Assembly: GCA_035534995.1 (NCBI GenBank)
Contig: DATLQX010000141.1
Coordinates: forward strand, 11,424-75,423
Reading direction: 5' to 3'
Length of the DNA stretch: 64,000 nucleotides
Origin: Chloroflexota bacterium
GTDB taxonomy: Bacteria > Chloroflexota > UBA5177 > JANWHV01
Shown here: piece by piece, positions 16,880 to 26,108 of the stretch
Layout of the letters: the number at the start of each line of letters is the position of its first letter
How positions within the stretch are numbered: the stretch's first letter is position 1
The notes under the pieces: model-generated
What the model was told of the DNA's origin: nothing
What the model saw: only the letters and a program-made list of their open reading frames with translations
Database searches by the model: none
Translations under genes and position numbers: made by a program

Positions 16880-18091
16880 TCATCGATTCCTAGGATTAAC
16901 GATCAGATCCTCAATCTGGCCGTGAAACGGGCTCAGCACCTTGGCGCCCGAGGGACCAAGGGTCACTACGTCGCAATGGCGCAGGCCACCATAGCCCTCT
17001 ATATAGATCGCGGGCTCGATGTTGAAGGTCATCCCCACTTCCATCACATCGGGCGAGGCGGGGTGCAGACGGGGCGGATATTCGGCGCTGATCACGGAGA
17101 AGCCGACATTGTGGCCCACGCCGTGAGTAAAGTTGGCCCCGAAGCCGCGCTCGGTCAGCACGGCGCGGGCGGCCTCATCCACCTCACTGGCCCTCACTCC
17201 GGGGCGGAGGGCGGCGAGGGCAGCTTGGCGGGCGGTCAGGACAGCCTCATACATTGACCGTTGCCGTTCATCCGGTTCCCCCATGACATAGGTTCGGGTC
17301 ACGTCGGTCCAGTAGCCGTTGATCGTTGAATTGCAATGGACGAGCACGAAGTCTCCCTCGGCAAGGCGACGGGCGGTCGAGCGCGCGTACGCGGCGCCGG
17401 CACGCGCCGCGTTGGGGCCTGACATGCAGTAGGCGAAGCCAACGGCGCGGCGGGCGCCAGGCACATCGAGGCCGAGGATACTCAGCCTGCCCGAGACCTC
17501 GGCGGCAACCTCGGACTCAGCTCGGCCGGGCTGAAGGGTATGGGCGGCGGCGGTGAAAGCCGCCTCCACCACGGCGCAGCCGGTTCGCACCTGCCCCACC
17601 TCCGCGGGCATGAGAATGGATCGCAAGCGGGCCAGAGTGGGCCCGGCCGAGGTAAGGGTGGCTCCGGGAGCGGCAACCTGTAACAACCCAGCTATCGTGT
17701 CCCCGAAAAGGTGCATCGCGGCGTAGCTGGATGCCTCATAGGCACCGCCCGATTCGTAGCCGATCCTGGCAGTGGTCACGCCCGCCTGATGAAGCACGTC
17801 GGTGAGCGGGCTCCGGGCAGCCTCGGCGGGGCTCAGCAACTCGGTCATGGATCCGGGAGCATACTCCCGCACGGTAGTGGCCCAGCCGTGCGCGGCGAGA
17901 TCGTGTTCATCCTTGGGAACAAGCAGCGAAATATTTCCGCGCTCGGTGGCAATGGCTATCGACGTGCCGACCACGGGCCAATAGCCGCTGAGCAGCAAGA
18001 CATTCTCCGACAAGGTACAGACCAGAGCCTCAAGCCGTGCGTCCGCCAATGCGGCGCGGATAGCGGCAACCCGATCCTGGCCGATATTCAT
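16880..18091 (-). CDS. M24 family metallopeptidase (Xaa-Pro aminopeptidase/creatinase-like)
   Basis: Creatinase-like N-domain plus the pita-bread domain motifs GDFVLVHCNSTINGYWTDVTRT, HGVGHNVG, FNIEPAIY. Confidence 0.85.
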   Translation of the reverse strand: MNIGQDRVAAIRAALADARLEALVCTLSENVLLLSGYWPVVGTSIAIATERGNISLLVPKDEHDLAAHGWATTVREYAPGSMTELLSPAEAARSPLTDVLHQAGVTTARIGYESGGAYEASSYAAMHLFGDTIAGLLQVAAPGATLTSAGPTLARLRSILMPAEVGQVRTGCAVVEAAFTAAAHTLQPGRAESEVAAEVSGRLSILGLDVPGARRAVGFAYCMSGPNAARAGAAYARSTARRLAEGDFVLVHCNSTINGYWTDVTRTYVMGEPDERQRSMYEAVLTARQAALAALRPGVRASEVDEAARAVLTERGFGANFTHGVGHNVGFSVISAEYPPRLHPASPDVMEVGMTFNIEPAIYIEGYGGLRHCDVVTLGPSGAKVLSPFHGQIEDLIVNPRNR

Positions 18092-18345
18092 CCTTGCGCT
18101 CCGTTTTGGCTTATTTTTCCGGCGACTCCACGGCCTGCCCCCGTGGAAGCGCCTCCTTTAGTGTGCGCCTTGCCGTGGCGAGCCTCGTCGGCCAAAAGGA
18201 CGGTGAGGGAGCATAAAGTAGCCTCAGCCGATGTGGGGACGGGCCAGACTAGGGCACTTTGATGCTTGGCTTCCTCCCATTGGTGGATGCCTTACCGGTT
18301 GCGCACCCTCATACTGAGCGAAAAGGCATGCGGGAGGAGAAGAAA

Positions 18346-18840
18346 ATGATGCAAGGTGAGGCATTCCGAGGTCTGGCCGTGGTGAGCGTGCAGCAGGCGC
18401 AAAACCTTGGCACGGTGGAGGATCTGTTACTCGATTTGACCAAACACCGGGTCGCGGCGTTGCTGCTGCAGGGCGGCCTATTTCGAGGCGGTCCCATGGT
18501 GCGCTGGGCGGACATCCGCTCTATTGGCCGTGACGCGGTCATGGTTGATGACAGTAGCGCGGCAATCCCGACCGCGGAGCAGGATCAAGTTATGCGTTTA
18601 GCCAATCTGCGGGACACTCAGGTGGTCGGTGACAACGGCGAGTTGGCGGGAACGGTGGCGGGCGTGGAGATCGACCCCGACACGGGGAATGTTACCGCCT
18701 ATGTGGTCAGCGCGCCCGAGGGAGGCGGCCTCTTCCACTCCGCCCCCCGATTTCGCGTGCAGCCCGAGGCGATCGCCGGGATCGGACCAAAGCTGATCAC
18801 GATCAACGCGGAAGCGATCGACTTCCAACATAATGAATAA
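18346..18840 (+). CDS. Tandem PRC-barrel domain protein
   Basis: GGGAGGAG lies 6 nt upstream of the ATGATG at 18346. LAVVSVQQAQNLGTVEDLLLD...ALLLQGG and VVGDNGELAGTVAGVEIDPDTGNVTAYVV. Confidence 0.7.
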   Translation: MMQGEAFRGLAVVSVQQAQNLGTVEDLLLDLTKHRVAALLLQGGLFRGGPMVRWADIRSIGRDAVMVDDSSAAIPTAEQDQVMRLANLRDTQVVGDNGELAGTVAGVEIDPDTGNVTAYVVSAPEGGGLFHSAPRFRVQPEAIAGIGPKLITINAEAIDFQHNE

Positions 18841-18997
18841 TCCTCCCCGACTTGGGGTCGCCAGGGGACACTCCCGGGCGATCCCATCGCGGCGATTATG
18901 CTGGCGGCATGCTTTTCCAGTTACGCGCGTCCATGTCGGTCAGCAGTTGGTAACCTATGCAGGTTGATACCCTCCGGCGGAGCGAAAGGATAACTTG

Positions 18998-20122
18998 ATG
19001 ACTGTACAAGAACCACTGCCCGAGCACGCGAGACGATCGGGCGACCAGGCAGGCCCGGCCCCGTTTCAACTCGAACGGCAGAGCATAGTCATGCGGCCTG
19101 ATCCAATGAACCCCCATGAAGCAGGCGGGGTCTTGAATCCGGGAGGTGTTCGTACTCCCAGCGGCGACTATATGCTCTTCCCACGTTTGGTCTCCCTGGG
19201 AAACTACTCGCGGGTTGGTCTCGCCCGGGTAATCCATGACAGTGACGGAGTTCCTCAGGACGTGGAACGGCTGGGGATCGCTCTCGAGCCCGAGGAGCAG
19301 TACGAACTGAACGACTGGACGGGTGGCGGTTGCGAGGACGCTCGCGTGAACTACGTCGAGTCGCTGGGTACCTACGTCATGACCTATGCCGCGTTCGGTC
19401 CCGATGGGCCGCATGCCGCGATGGCGATTTCCAAGGATTTGGTGTCCTGGACCCGCCTGGGCTTGATTGAGTTCAGCCCAATCCTGGGCACCGACATGAA
19501 TCGCTATACCAACAAAGACCATATGCTCTTCCCCGAGGCGGTCGTGGGGCCGGATGGGCGCCTGTCGATTGCCCTCATCCATCGGCCCGCCTACGAGTAC
19601 TGGGCCGGTGATCTGGCCACCCATAACCGGCCCCTGCTGCCGCCGCCGAACGTCACTGATCCGCGGTGGTCGATCTGGATTTCCTACTGCCCCCTTGAGG
19701 AGGCCGATTGGGCCAATCCCCAGCATGGGACGACCAAACCCCCCCTGTTCAGCCATCATCAGGTCCTCATCTCGCCGCTTGAGCCATGGGAGTCGGTGCG
19801 CATTGGGGCCGGGACGCCGCCGGTCAAGCTGGCCGCCGGCTGGCTGATGTTTTACCACGGGATCGAGGCCACTCCGAGCCATGGTCTCTTGCCGACCCAC
19901 CGCTATACGGCGGCGGCGCTCTTGCTGGACGCGCAAGATCCGCGGACGGTGCTCTATCGTTCGCCCAATCCGATTCTCGAGCCCGCGCTTCCGGAGGAAG
20001 TCTTCGGCGTGGTAGGAAACGTGGTCTTCCCCACGGCGGTGGACCAACATGACAGGTACCTTGATGTGTATTACGGGATGGCCGACGACTGTATTGGAGC
20101 CGCGCGTATGACGATCAGCTAG
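18998..20122 (+). CDS. Glycoside hydrolase family 130-like protein (beta-mannoside phosphorylase/glycosidase fold)
   Basis: GVLNPGGVR...CEDARVNYV...YVMTYAAF...AISKDLVSWTRLG...NKDHMLFPE...GAGTPPVKLAAGWLMFYHGI...NVVFPTA...VYYGMADDCIGAA. Confidence 0.75.
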   Translation: MTVQEPLPEHARRSGDQAGPAPFQLERQSIVMRPDPMNPHEAGGVLNPGGVRTPSGDYMLFPRLVSLGNYSRVGLARVIHDSDGVPQDVERLGIALEPEEQYELNDWTGGGCEDARVNYVESLGTYVMTYAAFGPDGPHAAMAISKDLVSWTRLGLIEFSPILGTDMNRYTNKDHMLFPEAVVGPDGRLSIALIHRPAYEYWAGDLATHNRPLLPPPNVTDPRWSIWISYCPLEEADWANPQHGTTKPPLFSHHQVLISPLEPWESVRIGAGTPPVKLAAGWLMFYHGIEATPSHGLLPTHRYTAAALLLDAQDPRTVLYRSPNPILEPALPEEVFGVVGNVVFPTAVDQHDRYLDVYYGMADDCIGAARMTIS

Positions 20123-20250
20123 CGGAGTCAGCCGCGGCTGGAAGTTGAAGCCGGAAAGTGCTGCCCTCCGCGCTGGTCGTTTCGAGATCGAGGTCGCCGC
20201 TCACGGCCTCGGCCAATCGCCGGCCTCTTGATCATCCTGGCTGACGCATG

Positions 20251-20724
20251 CTATTCCTGATCGGCGAGGAAGTTCCTCGCCCCCGCCGCCACGATACCGG
20301 CCAGGACCGCCTTGACCAGTAAGCTGTCCAGGATTCCCGCCCCCTCGCCGAGCAGTTGATCCAGAACGGCGGGCTTCCGTTCTTGAATGCCCGCCAGCGT
20401 CTGGGCCAGCATTTCGGCGTCCCGGAGGACGGCCATCGCCCCTTCACCCTCCAGGGCGGGAATAGGCAGCCCGTGGTCGCGCGCCTGCTGATGCACGTAC
20501 TGCCCGAAGAGGATCCGATTCTGGGGCGAGAAGCGTGCCAGCGACCAGGCGGCAGCCTGTTCGTATGCCTCGGGGCTGAGCCGCGGCGCCAGTGCCTGAT
20601 ACCGCCCCACTACCTCCTGATCGGTGTACCCATCCCAGGGTGCGCCCTTTTCGTAGCGTCTGATGAAATCCTTGTAGTCGTTCCCACTCGTTTTCGCCTC
20701 GGGCTCCCTGACCATTACCTTCAT
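20251..20724 (-). CDS. Hypothetical protein
   Basis: 157-aa ORF with AGGAGG 7 nt upstream of the ATG. No family recognised. Confidence 0.5.
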   Translation of the reverse strand: MKVMVREPEAKTSGNDYKDFIRRYEKGAPWDGYTDQEVVGRYQALAPRLSPEAYEQAAAWSLARFSPQNRILFGQYVHQQARDHGLPIPALEGEGAMAVLRDAEMLAQTLAGIQERKPAVLDQLLGEGAGILDSLLVKAVLAGIVAAGARNFLADQE

Positions 20725-20763
20725 GACCTATCCTCCTACGCTCGTCGTTGTGCCTGTACCGGG

Positions 20764-21477
20764 CTACACGATAGACGTTACGGGTAAAGGATGAGACGCT
20801 GATGAGAAAGTGCGCCTCACCTTGGCGGTGTGTTTCAGATCGCGATACGAAGTACCTCGCCTCGCCCGCTGAATATGCTGTTGTTCGACACAGGGATTGG
20901 AATCGACCGGTCCGCCCGCGGGATTGTGCGTCGCTTCATGGGCCGAGATATCCGCGACGTTTATCCAGGAGCCGCTTGAGTCAATTCGGACAAGCCGCCC
21001 AAAACCGGCGCCTTCCGCGCCGAGCTTGCTCCGGTCATGCGGATTCGCGCCCAGCCCGACGACGGCATAGACAGTTCCGTCCCTCGCCACGGTAACGCCG
21101 TGGGGGCCGGTTGCCATGGACGGCCCCTGGGCGGCGGGAGCGGCGAGCGACGGCAGGCCGGTAGCGATCCGAGTCTGTTTGCCATGCGCGACGCGCGTGA
21201 CGGCGCCGGTGGCGCCGTAACATGTCTTGCCGCCGCCCTCTGGATCCTTGATGCACGGGGCGGCGCCGCCGCTCCCGGCCTCCGCGACATACAACTCACC
21301 GTTTGGACCGAAGGCCACTCCCCGCGGATTGTCGAGCCCGCGCGCCACCACGGTGACGGTTGGCTTCGTCTCCTTGGCGCTCACCGGACTGCCGAGCGCC
21401 GCGACACCACCCCCAAGCAGGGCGGTCACCATCAGCGCGCGTGAAGTCCGTGAAACCTGAGTGTGTGCCTGAACCAT
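20764..21477 (-). CDS. ScyD/ScyE-like secreted beta-propeller protein, apparently C-terminally truncated
   Basis: Signal peptide, then VVARGLDNPRGVAFGPNGELYVAEAGSGG...ATGPHGVTV...AGGPVDSNP. The homologous sequence stops about half-way and the tail (VEQQHIQRARRGTSYRDLK...) looks out of frame. Confidence 0.5.
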   Translation of the reverse strand: MVQAHTQVSRTSRALMVTALLGGGVAALGSPVSAKETKPTVTVVARGLDNPRGVAFGPNGELYVAEAGSGGAAPCIKDPEGGGKTCYGATGAVTRVAHGKQTRIATGLPSLAAPAAQGPSMATGPHGVTVARDGTVYAVVGLGANPHDRSKLGAEGAGFGRLVRIDSSGSWINVADISAHEATHNPAGGPVDSNPCVEQQHIQRARRGTSYRDLKHTAKVRRTFSSASHPLPVTSIV

Positions 21478-21690
21478 GTCTTTCCTCCCTGAGGCGATTC
21501 CGGGCCGCGAACTTCCGCGGCCCACGCACACCGTAGAAGGGGAAAATGAGACGGTAATGAGAGAGAATCAGGCGATTCTCTCATTACCGTCTCATCGACA
21601 CCCGCCATGCTGGTCTCACTGGCTGGCGCCCCAAGGTACGAATCGCGGGCCAGCGCCGCCAGAAGATGGCTATGCGTGAGGGAGCGTGCG

Positions 21691-22773
21691 ATGAATAGGT
21701 TGGTCAGTTTGGTGTTGGCGGGATTATTGGTTCTCTCGGTTGTGATCAGCGGCGCGTCCGTCGTCTTTCAGGGCGCCCCACCCTCGACTCAGGTTCCAGT
21801 CGCCTCGGGGAACCCCGCCGTCAGCGCGGAACTGAACCTGGCGACAACCGGGGCGGCGGCAGTCGCCGGCCCCTCGGTGGTGAAGGTGGAAAGCGTGCAC
21901 GGTCTTGGCTCGGGCGTAATCATCGATGCGCGCGGTTACCTCGTGACGAACTATCATGTGGTTCTCAGTGGGAACGCCGCGCGGCTGCCCGATGCCCGGT
22001 ACACAGTGACACTGGCGAACGGGCAAACATACCAGGCTCGGATCGCCGGCATTGACGCTCCGGATGATCTTGCAGTGCTTAAAATATCGGCCCCGAATCT
22101 GGAGGCTCTGCCCTTCGCGGACTCGAACGCCCTGCGGGCAGGGACATTGGTGATGGCCGTGGGCAATCCACTTGGTTACACCCAGAGCGTGACCCTGGGC
22201 ATCGTCAGCACCCCGAAGCGCACGGTGGTCGAGAATGGGCCGGCTGCCTTTATCCCTGACATGATCCAGACCTCGGCGCCGATCAATCCGGGTAATTCCG
22301 GCGGCGCCCTGGTGGACTTGAACGGTCGTTTGGTGGGTATCCCAACCCTGGCGGCCGCCGATCCTCGCCTGGGTACGCCGGCCCAGGGGATCGGCTTCGC
22401 CGTCCCGAGCAACCGCGTTGCCTTTATTGCGCGGCAGATTATCGCCTCCGGCAAGGTGGTGCACAGTGACAGGCCCTACCTCGGGCTCTCCGGCATGACT
22501 GACCTCACACCGGCGATAGCCGCCCGCTATGGATTGGCGGCGGACAAGGGGGTGCTGCTCACCAGCCTGACGGCGGACGGCCCCATGGCGCGAGCGGGAG
22601 TACGCGCGGGTGAGATACTGGTGCGGCTCAACGGACAGCCATTGACTGATACGGCCGCGCTCGGTGAGGCGCTGGCCCGGACGCGACCGAACCAATCAAT
22701 ATCGATGAGCATCATCGGTTCGACCGGCGAACGGACGGTCAACCTGACCCTGGGTGAATTACCCGTGGGTTAA
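21691..22773 (+). CDS. S1C (HtrA/DegP-like) serine protease with a PDZ domain
   Basis: TNYHVV (His), DDLAVLKI (Asp), GNSGGALV (Ser), and a C-terminal PDZ-like GVLLTSLTADGPMARAGVRAGEILVRLNG. GAGGGAG lies upstream of the ATG at 21691. Confidence 0.9.
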   Translation: MNRLVSLVLAGLLVLSVVISGASVVFQGAPPSTQVPVASGNPAVSAELNLATTGAAAVAGPSVVKVESVHGLGSGVIIDARGYLVTNYHVVLSGNAARLPDARYTVTLANGQTYQARIAGIDAPDDLAVLKISAPNLEALPFADSNALRAGTLVMAVGNPLGYTQSVTLGIVSTPKRTVVENGPAAFIPDMIQTSAPINPGNSGGALVDLNGRLVGIPTLAAADPRLGTPAQGIGFAVPSNRVAFIARQIIASGKVVHSDRPYLGLSGMTDLTPAIAARYGLAADKGVLLTSLTADGPMARAGVRAGEILVRLNGQPLTDTAALGEALARTRPNQSISMSIIGSTGERTVNLTLGELPVG

Positions 22774-22818
22774 GCGAGCGGGCCGCGTACAACTGGGCAT
22801 GCACTTTCCCGCGGTTGT

Positions 22819-22840
22819 AGGGCACCCTCGGGGGTGCCCT
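22819..22840 (+). repeat. Short GGGCACCC/GGGTGCCC hairpin, related to the GTAGGGGCA palindrome family
   Basis: agggcaccc-tcgg-gggtgccct between the htrA stop and the glsB SD. It shares the tagggcaccc core with 3924-3933 and 55093-55100. Confidence 0.35.
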
Positions 22841-22859
22841 GGTTCAGGAGGAGTAAACC

Positions 22860-23129
22860 ATGAGCACCATTGACGTGCTCTTCTGGATGGTAGGGGGATT
22901 GGTTGCCGGGATACTGACCGGCGCCCTCAGGCCGCGGAGCACCGTCGGTGAGCGTTTCGCCCTGGTGGCGACAGGGCTTCTCGGCGCCGGCGCCGGTGGA
23001 GCGGTGGTCTCCCGGTTCACCGATCTGATCACGGTAGGCTTTCTGGCTGCCGTGTGCGCGGCGGTTCTCTCGTCGACGTCCCTTGCGTACCTCCTTTGGC
23101 GTCCAGAAGCGATGCGCTACCATGAGTGA
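22860..23129 (+). CDS. GlsB/YeaQ/YmgE family (transglycosylase-associated) small membrane protein
   Basis: 89 aa, three Gly-rich TM segments (MVGGLVAGILTG..., GLLGAGAGGAVVS...). AGGAGG SD. Confidence 0.7.
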   Translation: MSTIDVLFWMVGGLVAGILTGALRPRSTVGERFALVATGLLGAGAGGAVVSRFTDLITVGFLAAVCAAVLSSTSLAYLLWRPEAMRYHE

Positions 23130-23149
23130 GTCACACAGGGGAGGCTGCC

Positions 23150-23818
23150 ATGCACATCCTCGTGATTGAGGATGACCAGCGAATCGTGGAGTTCGTCCAG
23201 AAAGGGCTGCGCGAGTCAGGCTACACGGTGGCCGCGGCCAACGACGGCGAGGACGGCTTTCTCGACGCGCTTCTCAATGATTATGACCTGATCGTCCTGG
23301 ACCTCATGTTGCCAACCATGGACGGCATCACCATCGCGCGAAAGCTGCGGGCGGCGCGGAAGACAACCCCCATCCTCATGCTCACGGCCCGCGATACGGA
23401 GCAGGACAAAATCCTCGGTCTCGATACGGGTGCCGACGATTATTTGACCAAGCCCTTCGCCTTTGGTGAGTTCCTGGCCCGCGTCCGCTCCCTCCTGCGT
23501 CGTGAGACCATGTCGCGGGCCAGCGTCATGCACGTAGGTGACCTGGAGGTGGATACGGCGGCGCGACGCGCAAGCCGAGCCGGAAGAGAATTGGCCCTCT
23601 CCGCCCGCGAATACGCGCTATTGGTGTATTTGGCTCATCATGCCGGCCAGGTAGTCACCCGTGAGTTGCTGGCCGAGCATGTCTGGTCCGATGCCGAGGT
23701 GGAAAGCAACGTGATCGATGTCTATATCCGCTATCTGCGTCACAAAGTGGACGCTCCCTTTGGCCGGCCGCTGATCCATACGGTGCGTGGGGTTGGCTAC
23801 ACCTTGCGCGCTCCCTGA
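23150..23818 (+). CDS. OmpR/PhoB-family response regulator
   Basis: MHILVIEDD...DLIVLDLMLP...LTARD...KPF receiver domain plus the winged-helix C-terminus VDVYIRYLRHKVD...IHTVRGVGY. Confidence 0.92.
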   Translation: MHILVIEDDQRIVEFVQKGLRESGYTVAAANDGEDGFLDALLNDYDLIVLDLMLPTMDGITIARKLRAARKTTPILMLTARDTEQDKILGLDTGADDYLTKPFAFGEFLARVRSLLRRETMSRASVMHVGDLEVDTAARRASRAGRELALSAREYALLVYLAHHAGQVVTRELLAEHVWSDAEVESNVIDVYIRYLRHKVDAPFGRPLIHTVRGVGYTLRAP

Positions 23819-23825
23819 ACGCCTC

Positions 23826-24794
23826 ATGTTCAACGATGCACGGCTCCGTCTCACCCTATGGTACCTGGCTATTCTCGGTGCCATTGTCGCCATGCTCAGT
23901 CTGGTCATCTACCGGATCCTGCTCAGCCTCCAGGACAGTGAACTGCGCGCCCTCGGGACGACGCAACGCCACGGCATCGCCGGGCTGTTCGCGCGTGACG
24001 AGGGAACCCTGGTGGTGCAGATTCTCGCTCTGGATGCCGGGGTTCTGATACTGGCCGCTCTTGGCGCCTATGTATTGGCGGGCCGCACCCTGACGCCCAT
24101 TGAACAGGCGATGGATCGCCAGCAGCGCTTCGCTGCCGCCGCCTCCCATGAACTCCGCACCCCGCTGACCGTTTTGCGTGGCAGCATGGAGGTCGCGCTG
24201 CTCAATCCCCGCGCGCCGGAGGAGTATGAAAATATTCTTCGGCACGCGGCGGCCGAGGCAACCCGCATGGGCGAACTGGTGGCCGACCTACTGGCCCTGG
24301 CTCGCACCCAACACGATGGAGATCTGCTCTCGCGGGATCTCCTCGACCTGGGAGAGGTCGCGCGCGAGGCAGCGGAGAGCATCCGCCCACTGGCCGAACA
24401 CAAGCGTCAGACTCTGGAAGTTAACCTGGATCGCTCGCTCCTGGTCCTGGGTGACGCCCTCAAGCTGCGCCAGATCGTGATCATTCTCCTCGACAATGCC
24501 GTGGCATACACTCCGGCGGCGGGCGTCATTCAACTCACTGGGCGGCGTGAGCGCCACCATGTGCTGCTAGCGGTACGCGACAACGGCCATGGCATCGCGA
24601 TGGAGCACCTGCCGCGCCTCTTCGAGCCATTTTACCGGGTGGACCCCGCGTGGAGCGGCGACGCCGCGCACACCGGCCTCGGTCTGGCCCTGGCGGCGTG
24701 GATTGCCCGCGCCCATCACGGCCAGATTGCCGTGGAAAGCCAGGTGCAAGTAGGGACGGTGTTCACCCTCAAACTTCCGGCGGTCACGGGCTGA
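23826..24794 (+). CDS. Sensor histidine kinase (partner of the preceding regulator)
   Basis: Two TM segments, HisKA AAASHELRTPLT, N-box LLDNAVAYT, G-boxes DNGHGI and GLGLALA. Confidence 0.9.
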   Translation: MFNDARLRLTLWYLAILGAIVAMLSLVIYRILLSLQDSELRALGTTQRHGIAGLFARDEGTLVVQILALDAGVLILAALGAYVLAGRTLTPIEQAMDRQQRFAAAASHELRTPLTVLRGSMEVALLNPRAPEEYENILRHAAAEATRMGELVADLLALARTQHDGDLLSRDLLDLGEVAREAAESIRPLAEHKRQTLEVNLDRSLLVLGDALKLRQIVIILLDNAVAYTPAAGVIQLTGRRERHHVLLAVRDNGHGIAMEHLPRLFEPFYRVDPAWSGDAAHTGLGLALAAWIARAHHGQIAVESQVQVGTVFTLKLPAVTG

Positions 24795-24926
24795 GTTTTT
24801 GCCAAAGCTACGCGCTAACGAGGATGCCACTACCATGGAATGTAGGTGCCGCTCCGGTGGTGGGCGCGTGGGCAATCCCGGGCCCGAGGAGAGGAACCCA
24901 ATCCTGACCTGAAGGCAATACCGGGC

Positions 24927-26108
24927 ATGAGTTTCGCATCCAGGAATCAGATTATCTCGCTACTTCTGTCGGCGCTGGCCGTGGCCTGCCTGCTTGGTGT
25001 GTGGGGTTATAGTCACTTCACCGCTGGATCGGCTCACCGACCAGCCGCCGTGCCGGTCGTGCCGGCACCGCGCGCGACGCCGGTTCCGGCACGGCAGGTG
25101 AAGACCGGGCGCACTCCCTCGGCCATGGAGGTCGATCCGGTGGACGGCCATGCGTTCGTCGCCGACCTCACCGACAACACGGTCAGCATGTATGAGGTGC
25201 GTCATCTGAGACGAATAAAGGTGATCCCCGTGGGGCAGCGGCCGGTCAAACTTGAATACGATCAACGATCATCGCGCGTGTTCGTGGTCAATGAATCCGG
25301 CAACTCAGTCACGGTGTTGGCCGCGGCAACTGGACGGCTGATCGGTACGACGCCCGTGGGTCGGTCGCCCGAGACCGTCGCGGTGGACGAGGCAACCAAT
25401 CGCGCTTTTGTCGCCAATTATGGCTCGGCCACCGTTTCGCTGCTTGACGCCACGACTGGAAAGCTGCTTCGTGCTGTTCCGGTTGGAACGGGACCAATTG
25501 CCGCCACCGCCGATCAGAGTCTCAACCGCGTGGTGGTGGTGAATCGGGGCAGCGTCGATACGGATCGCCAGCCGACTGGGGACAGTACCGCCGACATTCT
25601 CGATGGCCGCACGGGGGCAAGTCTCCGCGTCCTACGGGTGGGAACTTACGCCTCGGCAGTGCAGATCGACGAAACCACCCACCGCGCCTATGTCGCGAAT
25701 TATGGCAGCGACTCGGTCAGCATGATCGACTTAGTACACAATACCGTGGTTGCTACCATGCCGGTGGGAAAGCATCCCTCGGCGCTCGGAATCGCCCAGG
25801 CTGCCGGCCATGTGTTCGTGACGAACTTCGGGGCCAACACGGTCAGCATGCTGAACGCCAGGAGCGGCGGCGTGTCGCGCGAAATTGGAGTGGGCGCCGG
25901 ACCATGGACCATTGAAGTGGACGCGCGTGGTCATGCCTATGTGTCCGAGACCGCCACCGGGAGGGTGGCGGTCCTGGATACGGTACGCGGCGTGGTCACC
26001 CGCACCGTGGCGACGGGGGAGTCCCCCTCCGAGGTTGGGGTAGATGATCGAACGGGTCAGGTGTTCGTCGTCAATACGCGGAGCAATTCGATCAGTGTTA
26101 TCGATTAG
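24927..26108 (+). CDS. YVTN-family beta-propeller repeat protein (secreted or membrane-anchored)
   Basis: Repeated pattern VGxxPxxVAVD...[16 protein letters not shown], about seven times. N-terminal TM segment. Confidence 0.8.
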   Translation: MSFASRNQIISLLLSALAVACLLGVWGYSHFTAGSAHRPAAVPVVPAPRATPVPARQVKTGRTPSAMEVDPVDGHAFVADLTDNTVSMYEVRHLRRIKVIPVGQRPVKLEYDQRSSRVFVVNESGNSVTVLAAATGRLIGTTPVGRSPETVAVDEATNRAFVANYGSATVSLLDATTGKLLRAVPVGTGPIAATADQSLNRVVVVNRGSVDTDRQPTGDSTADILDGRTGASLRVLRVGTYASAVQIDETTHRAYVANYGSDSVSMIDLVHNTVVATMPVGKHPSALGIAQAAGHVFVTNFGANTVSMLNARSGGVSREIGVGAGPWTIEVDARGHAYVSETATGRVAVLDTVRGVVTRTVATGESPSEVGVDDRTGQVFVVNTRSNSISVID

